NCBI GenBank assembly: GCA_051362555.1
Contig: CM120642.1
Coordinates: 10,540,001-10,604,000, forward strand
Length of the DNA: 64,000 nucleotides
Source of the DNA: Lingula anatina
Taxonomy: Eukaryota; Animalia; Brachiopoda
Direction of reading: 5' to 3'
Shown in pieces: positions 1 through 12,429 of this stretch (the stretch's first letter is position 1; every line of letters begins with the position of its first letter). A program made the position numbers and the translations under genes. The notes below the pieces were generated by a model that made no database searches, was not told the origin of the DNA, and saw only the letters and a program-made list of their open reading frames with translations.

Positions 1-3000
1 TGAAGCAGACGTTCTGAGTGACAGAACAGCCATTATTCATAAGGGCAAACTCCTATGTGTTGGCTCTCCCTTGTTCTTAAAGAGACACTTTGGAACTGGA
101 CATAAACTGACCATTAGTAAGAAACCAGGAGCAGTTGGTGAGTTAATTGATTAATTTATATATACACACATAGTATACAAATCATACATCATACATATGT
201 GTAGTGCCCAGTATTTTGTCAGATATAATCGTTTATGATCATTATTTTTATGGGCATTTGTTTTACATTTTTTAGGGGATGAATCATCTCAGAAAATCCT
301 TGATTTTGTCACCCGCCATCTTCCACTGGCTTCACTAATTGAGGAAGTTGGTACAGAGATGACATTTGGACTTCACCTAAACCAGGGACAGTCAGGAACA
401 CTGGAGAAGTTCTTCCTTGTGTTGGAGGAAAATCCAGAGTTCAAAAACATTGTGAATGGTTATGGAATCTCAGAAACAACCATGGAAGAGGTCAGTATGA
501 AAAAAGCACTTCAAGCCAGCTATCTTAAGATACGTAGATATCTTATTTGTGAATTGAATCAGTTAAATTTTGAATGATAAAAAAATTAAAATTTGAAGAT
601 TTCAGAAAAAAAATTTGTTTTGACCCTTTTAAATGAGAGAATTGTTAGGCTTGTTAAAAAACATGTAAACGTCAGCACATGCAATTTCCCTGGAATGAAT
701 TCATTTGAAGCAAAATGACTTATTATTTTACCAATTCATTGTGTCAAGCATATTTGCAACTTGTATATATTCAAGATATCTAGATCCACAATTATATATT
801 GTTCTGTGGCAGGTATTTTTGCAAGTTTGCTCAAATGCAGAATCTGGAAGACTACTGAATACTGAGCTGGATGCCTCTGTGGATAAAGAGGAAACCCCTA
901 CAGAACAGAACAGTGAGTTTTCTCTGCCAAAATCTGATACTGAAATTATCTTTTGAAACATAACTGTTTTGATAATTTCATATGAAACAAAAGCAAGAGA
1001 AATGTGATCTTGATTCACTGGATTTTAGTAGGTATTATTGTTTAAAATTTGTGTTTTAATTTCAATGAAGCTGATTATGAAATGTATTTCATTACTATGC
1101 ACTTAGTTACTACAGACCTCCTTGGATTGGGAAATTTGTTTATTACATTTTACCATATAATTATTATTATTGAATAACCTTATTTATTGTTCAATGGAAT
1201 TCATAGGAATAACCAGAACATGGAGCATGGAGGCAACTGAGAAAACACCCAGAGCAACAGGAGTCAGGCTTAGGCTACAGCAATTTGGAGCTCTGATTGT
1301 GAAAAGATTCCACCATTACAGGCGAGACTGGAAGACATTTGTCCTTGGGTTGATCTTACCCATGGCATTTCTGATTCTGGCACTTGGTCTGTCTTTGATC
1401 AAACCTCAGATGGCTGACATGCCTTCCATCCCCTTGATGCCCTCTTTGTATGATCCTGACCATGTGTTTTACAAGTAAGATGTGGGACAAGCTGTTCAAT
1501 ACTGGCAGTTACAGACAAAAATACTGTGTATTATGAGAATAATAATTTTTTCTGATAATACATTAATTGCTTGGCCAATGTTTCTGTACTACAGTTATAG
1601 CTTGTGTTTACCTTATTATGCCACTACATATGAAACTAGCAGGAAAATTCAAGGACATGTTTATCTAATGCTTTATGATGGTATGTAGACAATAGACAAT
1701 CACTGTAGCAGTATCTCTGGCATGTCCTACATAATAAAGTAACAAGCAAAATCAGTGAGACTAATTTATGTAACAATAATTTTAAAGTATGGATTAAAGT
1801 TTAAAAAGAGTGAGATGTTGATACAAGAATTGCAAAGTACTTACTTTCTCATAACATGTTAATTTTCAAATTTCAGAATTGAGAATCCAACTCCATTCAA
1901 TCAACGCTTAGCCTCCTTTCTGACTCAGGACATTGGCCTAGGCACCAGATGTATGCCAGATTTTGATGAAAAGTGAGTAGTAAGCAGAACTGTGACTTCC
2001 CTGAATGTCTTAATCCCAGTAGTTGCAGTTGTGGGTTGCCAGGCTGTAGTTCTCAGATATTATGACTTACGAATACTTTATACCAGTGCTATTACATTAA
2101 TTTTGTCATGTGGTATGGGGATATGAAATAAAATTGACTGAATAAAGATGACGTTAATAAGACATTCAGAGGATAATCTGATCTGTATAGAATTACAAAG
2201 ATTTATGGATTTTCTCATTCATTACTAGTTAATACTATGCATCATTTTTCAACTATATGATTAATGCAGATCCGTAAGCCTGTAGGGAGGGGATCCAAAA
2301 GAACCACTTGGCCAGAAAAGGTCCACTCTGAATCACAATATGATCAAGGTTCTATGCCATATCTCAAGTTGAGTCAATGGAAAGGGTAAAACAAGCCACT
2401 TTTCAGAAAAGAACCGCATGTACCCCCTGAAATTGCTGACCTTTTAATTGTTTATGGAAAGAAAAAAAACTTTCACCTTTTTAAATAAAACTCTAAATTT
2501 CAAATTAAAATTCCAGGAGTTCCTATCCCTGCTCTAACACAGCTGAACCAGGGTTTGTCACTGGTGCCAATAACTCTGACTGGCTGCCATTGTGTCATTG
2601 TGAGGGAGGCAAGCAGATATGTGAAGGAGGATCTAATACTAACCCTCCACATATGTCACTGAACACCACCGAGATCTTGTACAACCTAGATGGATATGAT
2701 GTACAGGACTATCTTGAGAGAACCCATTTTGACTTTGTCGAGAAAAGGTTAGTTAGTAAATACAGTTGTGGCTAAAGTAGGATATGGACATTTGCAAGAA
2801 ACTGTGAGCTCTAAGAAAAGGTTGCTTTAAATTAGATAACTAAAATTAAACAGGCATGATTTTATCAGAATAAAAATGGAGTTGTTTAAAATATGTCAGT
2901 TACTTAAAAGTGGAATACCATATTAATTGTTTTAACTTATTAATTAAAATTAAATAAAAATGAATAAATAAATTATATGAAAATTCTGTCCTTTTCATTT

Positions 3001-3323
3001 CTTATTTTTTCACTCAGTATAGTTCCCACATTGACACCCAACTTGAATTCAAGTGAAGATGAACTTTTCTCAATATATTTTCAGATATGGAGGTTTTACG
3101 TTTGGCAATACAAGCTCTAACTTAGATGTGGACCAGAGTATCACAGTGCATTACAACACCAAGGGTTATCATGCCATGCCTGCCTTCTATAACACCATCA
3201 GTAACCTCCTCCTGAGAGCCAACATTGACCCACTGACACAGGGAGACCCAGAGGAGTATGGTATGTATATGTATAATATGTTAATGTGCATACTCAAATA
3301 CAGGTGTGTGTGTGTGCATGCAT

Positions 3324-3378
<55 letters not shown>

Positions 3379-6300
3379 TGAGCATATAAGCACACCCTTT
3401 CCATCTCTATGCTTACTAATTGACATAAGAATTGTACAGAGTTTTGTAATCTTTTGACAGGAGATGTATATTTCATGTTATGATCTTGAAAACAAATAAG
3501 GATACAGTGTGAATGTCTGAATGAGTTTGACATAGAGCATTAAGGGGAAATATCAACACCATTATCAATATGTTATATTTTGCATCATTTGCCTTCAACT
3601 GCAGTTTCTATGTTCTAATTGGTAAAATCTCTATGTATCCCCCTAGCAAACAGTATATTTCTCAAGTTATAGTCAAATTTGATTTTAACAGGTATCACTG
3701 TATATAACCACCCATACAAGTTGAGTAAGGAACAGCTGTCCAAAGAAGCACTGTAAGTATTTATTTAAACTTCAGTTGTTTGTATGTCATTAGGGAATAC
3801 TTAAAATACTTGCCTATTGATTTGAATTTGATTCTTAATCATTGACCTGTGCATAATAGGCAGGTAAATACCATTAGTAAATATCAATATGTTTATGTTA
3901 TTGTTTGGAAATATTAGAATATTCTCTTTGGACTTTACAGATAAAAATGCTTGTGACATTCTCTTTTCAGCATAAATAAATTAGCAGATCTGGGCATTGC
4001 GCTGATGATCCTGATTTCGTTCAGTTTTATACCAGCTTCTTTCACCCTGTACCTGGTCTTGGAACGGGTATATCATGAGAAGAGACTGCAGTTTGTGTAT
4101 GGAGTGAAGTCTCTGACTTACTGGGCAGCCACCTTTGTGTGGGATTATGTAAGTTAATGTGCACCTGTTACATGCTTTTAAATAACAACATGAAAAAATA
4201 TATTGTACATCTCCATTATCTTTGTTTATCTTTTCACTTCAGTAAGCTTATGCAATCTAATATGAAAAGTGAAAAAGTACAACAGAATATTGTAATCTAA
4301 GTATTTAAAAATATAGGCTGGTGTTTCATTATAGAATGTAAATCCTTCATAATATATTTGGTCTCATTCATTAACAACAATAATTTTACATCATCATTTT
4401 ATACATCTGTTTACCAAATAAGGAACAAGTACTGTGGTGAAGATTTGTTTTACAATCAAAATAATAATCCCTAATGCATTGTTTTTATCATTATAGCTGG
4501 TGTTTTTAGTAGTGGTTGCTGTGGCCGCAGGAATCCTGGCTGCATTCCAAATTGATGCCTTTTCTGCTAATCTTAATCTAGCAGCTACAGTGTCACTGCT
4601 CATCATGTTTGGGTAAGTTTTCTACTTCTGGATTAGAAGAGGATAAGTTAATTCTGTATTGTATTGCAGTGGCTCTGCTATTAACTGAGATTGTGTGCTA
4701 GAAGAGTCTTATATGGACTAATATGCTAAACATCATATTTAGTTAAGTAGTATAAATTGTTTCTTTTAGTGGTTACAAATGTAGAGAATTAATAAGTGAA
4801 CTATGAAGGAAATCACCATAATCACTTTTACAATTGTCTGATTAATTGTTGGTCTACACATTTCAGATTTGCATGCCTGCCCCAGATGTACTTGATCCAA
4901 ATGCTGTTCAAAGATGCCTCCATGGTTTTCCTGACTCTGTTCTCATTCAATCTGGCCACTGGATTTGTTACCAGTCTCATTGTGTTCATGTTCAGCATGT
5001 TCCCTGTAAGATTTCTTTTTTTTAAAATAAATTTATTTATCCATTATATTTATAGGACAAGTTGTGGAATTGAAACATTCCTTTTGTTCAAATTTAATGA
5101 TAAATTGCAATAATTTTATATTTCCAGACCCTGACAGCTGCATCTGATGTCATAGGCTATGTGCTGGTTGTGCTTCCACAGTTTGCCTTGACATCTGGTT
5201 TGGTAAAACTCCTGAGAAACCAACTGATAGCTGATGTATATCAGAACTTTGGGCAGAATGCCTACGAGAACCCATTCAACATTGATTTTCTTGGTATCAA
5301 CTTCATTTCCCTGGCAGTGAATGGTCTGGTCTACTTGATTTTATTGATAGTGCTGGATGATAAAGTGTGCTGCAACACTGGGTAAGTGACGATGTCATCT
5401 TCTATGTTCAGTCTTCTTAAGATACTAAAATTCTTCCAGGAGTCCTCTTCTCTTAACAAATAAAATCAATTGATGACAGTTCAAAGTAATACAACTTATT
5501 TCCATTTAAAATTATTCCTATTTTGGTATAAATGATAGACTTGAATATTAAATCTTTGCAGAGATAGCTAAGAGTAGTGCACAAATGGCATAGCTCCAGT
5601 ACAAGTACAAACATAAGAACCTTTGATACTAATACTGGTATAAGCTTTTGTCTGTATTTTAGAGTCAAAGAGCAGAAAAGCCATTCAAATATGAAAGAAG
5701 ATGAAGATGTCACTGCAGAGCGCAGGAGAGTGGCTTCTAGTGCAGAGAATGACACCATGTCATGTAACACCATATCTAAGGTATAAGAGATGGCTATGGG
5801 TGCATTCACAATAAATCTAATGGACCAGCTAGTGCTCACAAGGGGACTCACGCTGAATGCAATCAGATTAATAACAGACAAACAGTCTCTTCCTGGCTTT
5901 GAGTAGAATATAAGAAAGCTGGTGATTATACTAGTACGTTGAAAACAAGAGGAGGCGTGTTAGTTTCTTAATGTGATTGCATTCAGCAAGAGTCCCTGTG
6001 GAGTTAGTGTACAGTAGCTAGTATGATAGATTCATTGTGAATGCAGGCTATGATATTAGTTAAGTGCTTGTTTTTTGGACAAAGGAGGTGAAAAATGTTT
6101 TCTCCATAGGTCCAATTAAATAATTTATCAGGGATTCCAGGTGGCGTACTAACTGAAGATTGTATTTCAGCCTTATAAACGGTGTTAGCTTTCTTAACAA
6201 CCTGATGGAAAATTTTGAAAAAAAATCATGATGGCAGTTTTAAAAAATGAAAGTGTGTGTATGAGAGAAGCCTTAACCCTAAATACATCTGCAGTTGCAA

Positions 6301-7784
6301 TTTCATATCACATTTAAACTGATAATATAGAAAAAATTAAAATTAACTGATATTAAATATTATAGATGATCATAGATGTCTTTACCATTACAATTGTAAA
6401 TTTTTAGGTGTACAGGACTAAGGGCCTGAGTAAAATATTGGCAGTGGACAAGGTTAGCTTTGGTGTTCAGAGAGGAGAGGTAGGTGAACATATTTAAGAA
6501 TGTAATTATTAGGGTTACTGTGTGTAGTATCACGACATATGTATATATGTATAATTGATGTATGTATCAAAATTCACTTCATGTTTGAGTCACATACCTT
6601 GGTGGTAAATTTCAGTAATTTCTAAGTTTTTATTGGTGTATTAAAAAAAGTTCTCATTTAAGGTTATCACATACTATTTAAATTGATAATGTCTTTGCTT
6701 TCAGTGCTTTGGTCTACTTGGAGTGAATGGAGCCGGAAAAACTACAACATTTAAGATGATCACTGGAGACTTGAAGCCATCTGCTGGGGATATTGATGGG
6801 CAAGCTTTGTAAGTATTTGGCTTGATATGGCAACTCACAGTCCAGATAGAAATGAGCAACTACTATTAATCTTTTTGACTGAACATTTGAGCTATCTTAA
6901 TACTTTATGGTGACAGATTTAGTCTCATTTAAGGATATTAGCACAAAATAACCTTTGGTTTACATCCTTAACGCTAATTTCTAACAGTCTTAATTGTCGA
7001 TGACCTTTACAGTGCCAGAAGTCCAATCAAGTTTGCCAGGTTCATGTATTGTGGAACAATGATTCATGAAACCCTGTAGTTTAGACTGACGTATGCCATA
7101 TATTTGCAGCTGAGTTTAATAGTCTTGGCCAACCCAAGGCCCCAAACATAACAGTTATGTATAAAATAACACCTGTCCAAAATTCCAGGTGTGGTGATGT
7201 AGGGTACTGTCCACAGCTTGACCCAAGCACCTACCTGACTGGAGAGGAGGTCCTCACTTGTTATGGCAAACTGAAAGGATTGCAGGGAGCAGATCTTAAT
7301 AGGGTACTTACAAATTACAGATAATTATGCTTTGTTAGAAATAGAACTATTTGTTCATTATTCTATGAGATTTATTATTTTTGAAGGTGGTGTGGTGAAA
7401 GCCCCACTTTAATATCCAACGCAAAAAAGAGGGGGGATTTACTATTTTGGGACTTAAATTGCAGTTAAGCACATGTATTGTATACAGTGCCAGTCTTTCA
7501 CTATATTTCAGGCTGTGGAGACAATCATTGACATCCTTGGACTTCATGAGTTTGTGAAGAGGAAAGTACTGACCTACAGTGGTGGACAGAAACGGTCTGT
7601 GTCCACTGGTGTGGCTATACTGGGCAATCCAGCCATGGTGCTTCTGGTAATGATACTTTTTGCCTGAAATAGTTTTATATTATCAGGAATTTTAAAGCAA
7701 TTAAAAAATTACTAAAATCACTTTTCATAACACTGAGAAAATAGTAATTTTCTTAAAGAGGAGCAATTGATTTTTTAGCAACAT

Positions 7785-7832
<48 letters not shown>

Positions 7833-10800
7833 TTTTTTTTTACTTAATAAGAATGAACATTTTAATGATTTTATTGACATTTAGGTTCTGAAAACATAAA
7901 CCACAACAGACTGCATTTTTGTCACACATTTAAAACAAAGATTTATTTGTAAATAAATAGTAAGTTTTAAATAGAGACTTATATAGAGTTTAGTGTTTCT
8001 CAATTTTAGTAAAGCAAGTTTTTTTTTCTTCCACGAGGACACACCCACAAAAAACAAGTCTTAAAACCACATTTTTTTCAGAAACCATAAAAATGTTTAT
8101 TTTTATTCTGCAGGATGAACCCACTGCAGGCATGGATCCTAAGACCAGAAGGAATGTATGGAAGGTGATTCAGGAAACTGTGAACAGTGGAAGATCTGTG
8201 CTTCTCACTTCACATAGGTAAGTACATGTGGACATGCAGAGTGCATGGAAGGGATGTGAGCTTTATATTTTACATGTGTTATCCTTCATAAAGGTTCTGG
8301 TTACATATGGGCACTGCTACTGATGATGATGGTGATTGTATACATATCATATGGTTACTAGTTACATTTGCTGTGATGATTGATTTATCTATAACGAGAA
8401 AGAACAACCTTAGTTTAATATGTGAAGAGTCATAAACATATGAACAATTTTTCAGTATGGCTGAGTGTGAAGCACTTTGCAGCCGACTGGCCATAATGGT
8501 GAATGGGAGTTTCAGGTGTCTGGGCAGTCCACAGCATATAAAGAACAAGTAAGTGATTTTCTCTTAACATGGCTTTTTTGCATTTTTTATTGGGAATGCA
8601 ATTAGATGATAAGCTTGATAAAGAGTTCTTCAATCCCTAAGTTTTGTGGTCTGTTATAAGTCATTCTCTCAAAAAAACCTCAATTGTACAGAAAATCAAA
8701 CTTTCACAATGAGGTATAAGATTAAACTACAAAAATAAATTGAATTTTTATCAGGACTACAGAGCAGTCAATACCTAAAAAAGACATAAAACTTTTTAAT
8801 TATACTTTCTGAAGTTCCAATTCATGAACAGTAAAATTCAAATTTGTTCTCTATTTCTCAAACTAGAAATAATTGAAATTATTTGTAGTCAATAGAATTT
8901 TAGTAATAAACATGATGAAATTTGCAATGTTGTATCTTTTCATGTTTGTATGATTGCTTTTGCCATCAAAATATTTTTTGTAGAAAAAAAAAACAAATTA
9001 CTCAATTACTCACATTTGTGGCCAAATGTAAAGAGACAAATAAGGATATTCCCACAAGTAACGTTGAACAAAATAATTCAGTCATGTCTGTTTACTAAAG
9101 TGTAATCACAAGTTGGGCTCATTGTTAGGTTTGGAAGTGGGTACACCGTGAACTTGAGGATGAAGAGTGATGGTTCAGATGTGAAGGCTGTGAGAGCTGC
9201 TCTAACCAGCAGATACCCAGGAGTTGTGATTAAGGTGATCACAATAAGATCAATCTTGTTTAAGTCATCAAGTACATGTATCTGTTATTTTCTGGAGATT
9301 TGATTAACTTTAACAAATATTTCAGACGTCACTCAAATTGTTTGCTTTGTTCCTTTGTGACAGAACTTGAAAAAGAGATTTGCCTTCCTGATTTGCCAAA
9401 TTAAGTGTGACCAACTACATTTTAATGGAAGTGACAAAGGCACAAACTAAGAAAGATTTGAGTGATTTTTTAGTTTTTGCTCATTTAAGCAAAGCTCAGT
9501 CATGTTTTAGCTTGTATGAAATGTCTTCTACCTGTGTTTTAATCGAATTCTCACCATGTTTTTTTGTCATTGAAGAATTGTTCAGTTGCAGGTTCTGTGT
9601 GAATGAATTTGCTTTAAAGTATATTTTCATTGTATTAATTTACTGTCTCAACATCTGGTAGGATTTAGAAGCTGACTAGCTAGAATATGTTTTTAACTGA
9701 AGGGTATATGCTTTATTGCATTATCATAATGAATTGTCGCCTGCCTTCAGGACCAGCATTACAACACAGTAGTGGTCAGCATCCCAGGACAAAGCACCAA
9801 GCTGTCAGACATCTTTGGTTTCCTGGAGAATGCCAAAGAAGACTTGGGGATAGAATATTATGGTGTTTCACAGACGTCACTGGATCAGGTAGGGGTCATC
9901 CTGTTTTTCCTTCTTTGTGTTAGGCGTTTAAGTTTACATTTGTTGGTATATTTGCATGTTGCACAGTAAAGGTGTAGCCAAAATCATTAACAACATTTTC
10001 CTTTTTTGACAAAGTATTGTTATTTTGAATTTCACAAACGTGATTTTGTTTATCATGCTTGCACAGGTGTGATTGTTATAATATTATGATAAAATTAATG
10101 CCACACTTCAATTTTGACAGGTATTCATCAACTTTGCCAAAAAACAACATGATGGCATCACAGATGAAATGGGAGATGAAGAAAATGAACAGGGCAGTAC
10201 TTCAGGCCAATGTCAAGACCCAGAAAATAAATTTGTTGATTATAACAATGCTCCTCCACCAAAGTCACACATTTTGTATGAACAGAATATAGTGCAGGTG
10301 GCACCAGATTACTTGGAATTGGCAGCAGAGAAAGCCAAGACAAAACCTCTTCCTCCTCTGAACATCAGCCCTGGGAAACTCCCTCTGATAAATGAGAGTT
10401 TTCTAAAGAATGGCTTAACTGATCCAGTGGTTGTTGCAACTGATGAAAACTTACCATCCAAACAGCAAACAGGGTCACAGATATCTGTGAAATCCAAGTC
10501 CTCCAACGAAACAGCTTCCAGCTCTGGCGTAAGCAGGAAACAATCTGAAGTTGCGGCTGATGAGGTTCTGACCACCAAGCAACTGACAGAGTCACAAGTG
10601 TCTGTGAAACCGGGTTCTTCCAAGCCTGCATCAGCCAGCAGCAGCACCAGACCACAGTCTAGTGATTCAGCTCATTTCAAACAAAATGGATCTCAACTAT
10701 CCGTCCAATCAGGATCCTCCAAATTGTCCAGGCCAGGGTCTGGGATGGTGACAACTGGATTGGGCAGCCAAAGTACTCTAGTTCCAGTGGAATCTGTTTC

Positions 10801-10960
10801 AGAGCAAACAACCATCCCCGAACTGCATACATCTGCATCAGTTGAAAAGCAGAAGACGGAAATTTCTGTGGCGACTGCTAGAGGGGTCAACCCTGGTTTA
10901 CCCACCACTCCTGCACCAGTGGAACCCTTGGAAGCAGACTTAACTGGAACAAACTTGTAA
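1..10960 (+). CDS. ABC transporter subfamily A (ABCA1/ABCA12-like lipid exporter), 3' half; gene begins upstream of the window
   Basis: Exons joined by GT-AG: 1-137, 276-490, 813-912, 1207-1474, 1877-1972, 2517-2747, 3085-3260, 3692-3752, 3971-4148, 4497-4612, 4867-5005, 5128-5381, 5663-5780, 6408-6479, 6705-6808, 7189-7303, 7512-7646, 8114-8217, 8456-8548, 9129-9234, 9751-9888, 10121-10960. Motifs: end of NBD1 ([12 protein letters not shown]...GSPLFLK), [16 protein letters not shown]2 start [26 protein letters not shown]2 Walker [58 protein letters not shown]. The family is clear; the exact orthologue is not. Confidence 0.95.
3326..3374. repeat. (CA)n microsatellite in ABCA intron
   Basis: Uninterrupted ACACAC run directly visible. 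Confidence 0.95.
5798..6048. mobile_element. Degenerate palindromic MITE (PIF/Harbinger-like) in ABCA intron
   Basis: Inverted arms GGGTGCATTCACAATAAATCTA...GGGACTC..GCTGAATGCAATCA versus TGATTGCATTCAGCAAGAGTCCC...TAGATTCATTGTGAATGCAGGC; TAT on both flanks as a possible 3-bp TSD. Confidence 0.65.
7787..7831. repeat. (AC)n microsatellite
   Basis: Directly visible. Confidence 0.95.
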
Positions 10961-12261
10961 ACTGCTTCACAGAAGTACCTTTTGTGTCCTGTTTCTATAT
11001 ATTTCAAGAAAGGATTATCTGGAAAAAGGTTTCTTTTTTGTTTAAAGTGCTATAATTGAAAACAAATATCAATGCAAGTTGAAATGGATTCTGCAAGATG
11101 TCATTTTTTCATCATTATTTACACCATGAAGAAAAACATATATATATATCTAAGTGACTGCATACCTTTTTTATATACTGTTACATATGTATTTGAAATT
11201 GGATCTAACTTTAAAATATCCATAAGTCTTTATCTAGATTAATGTTTTTATCATTTAAAATGGTCTTGAAATTACCAAAAGGTGGTTTCAAAATGTTTTA
11301 TTGTTGATTATTGGTAACTTTTTGCTCATTTGTCTTTTTAAGTGATGCCGTCCTAAATTTTCCAACTACGTATGCTTTTTATGCATTGTTATATACATAG
11401 ATGGATTTTGTGAATTCTATTTCGTACATGATGCCATCCAGAAGTTATCAACTACACTTTTTATGAATTGTTTTAAATGTGCAGATTGAGATAAATATAT
11501 AGATATAATTTATAGATTCATATTGTTTTAGAAAGGAGACCTTTTCATCTAGTTTAAAGATCAAACATATATTTTGGAAGTATTTAGGGTTTGCAGGCCC
11601 AGACAGCTGGATTGTGTGTTATTTTTTATATTTTTTTATACAGATAGATATGCTTCTATGTGTTGTGTTTTTTGGAATGTATTATGTTATCTTGACTGGA
11701 GCAAGATATATATTTGGAAATGTATTAATAGAAAGGAATTTATGTTTGAATTACCTCATGGATATAGTTCATATATTTTACCTTTAACGTTTGTGTTTTT
11801 TACATTATTTTGCTGACCAGATGGCCTTGTCAGAGTATTCACCTCCAGATGAGAGGACATGGGCACCAGTCCTTTATAAACAATATCTGCTGTCTCCACA
11901 CTTGGTTCTCAGTACTAAGGGGTTGAATCAGGAGTAAAGTTTCTGGTCAGACCGCAAAATGGTATCGTCTGTTTGCTAGCTTGAAGGTGGGAACATCTAT
12001 ACACCCAGACTGTATCAGGGCCAAAATATCTCTAGGCGTCTAATGTAAACTGCACAGAGATGCATGTGCAGTGTGGAATATAAGCATTGGACTTTTACTT
12101 TTGTTTAACTTGGCCATTCACCATGGTTCACTTTGTATAAATTTGTAGGGCATTACATATGTGTTATGAAATATTAGGAAGTATATATTTATAATATGTT
12201 TGACTTATAGGAGACTGGAGTTTTTTCTTCCCAAAGGAAGCAGATATGATTTTATTGATGT

Positions 12262-12264
<3 letters not shown>

Positions 12265-12339
<75 letters not shown>
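12265..12339. repeat. (AT)n microsatellite in probable ABCA 3' UTR
   Basis: Directly visible. Confidence 0.95.
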
Positions 12340-12340
<1 letters not shown>

Positions 12341-12407
12341 TTACATACTTGTTATTTGAATGTTACCATCACGAAAGTTGGGGAATTGTATCCTGTCGTA
12401 TGCATTT

Positions 12408-12413
12408 AATAAA
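12408..12413 (+). terminator. Probable ABCA polyadenylation signal AATAAA
   Basis: AATAAA at the end of the T-rich 3' region, just before the sequence turns CpG-rich. Confidence 0.5.
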
Positions 12414-12429
12414 GGTAATGTGCTCTTTG

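Noticed and set aside
3187-3533. ORFs with CVCVCV/HTHTHT runs (also 12200-12409, 23105-23570, 29330-29737)
   Set aside because: Translations of dinucleotide microsatellites.
10309-11007. Minus-strand ORFs over the ABCA last exon (also those opposite the ZF and ANKLE2 exons)
   Set aside because: Antisense shadows of real coding exons with no independent motifs.
11845-11900. Hammerhead-like CAGATGA-GAGGAC...GTCCTT...AAAC...GTC
   Set aside because: The core has CAGAUGA rather than CUGAUGA, lacks GAAA, and helix I cannot be formed.
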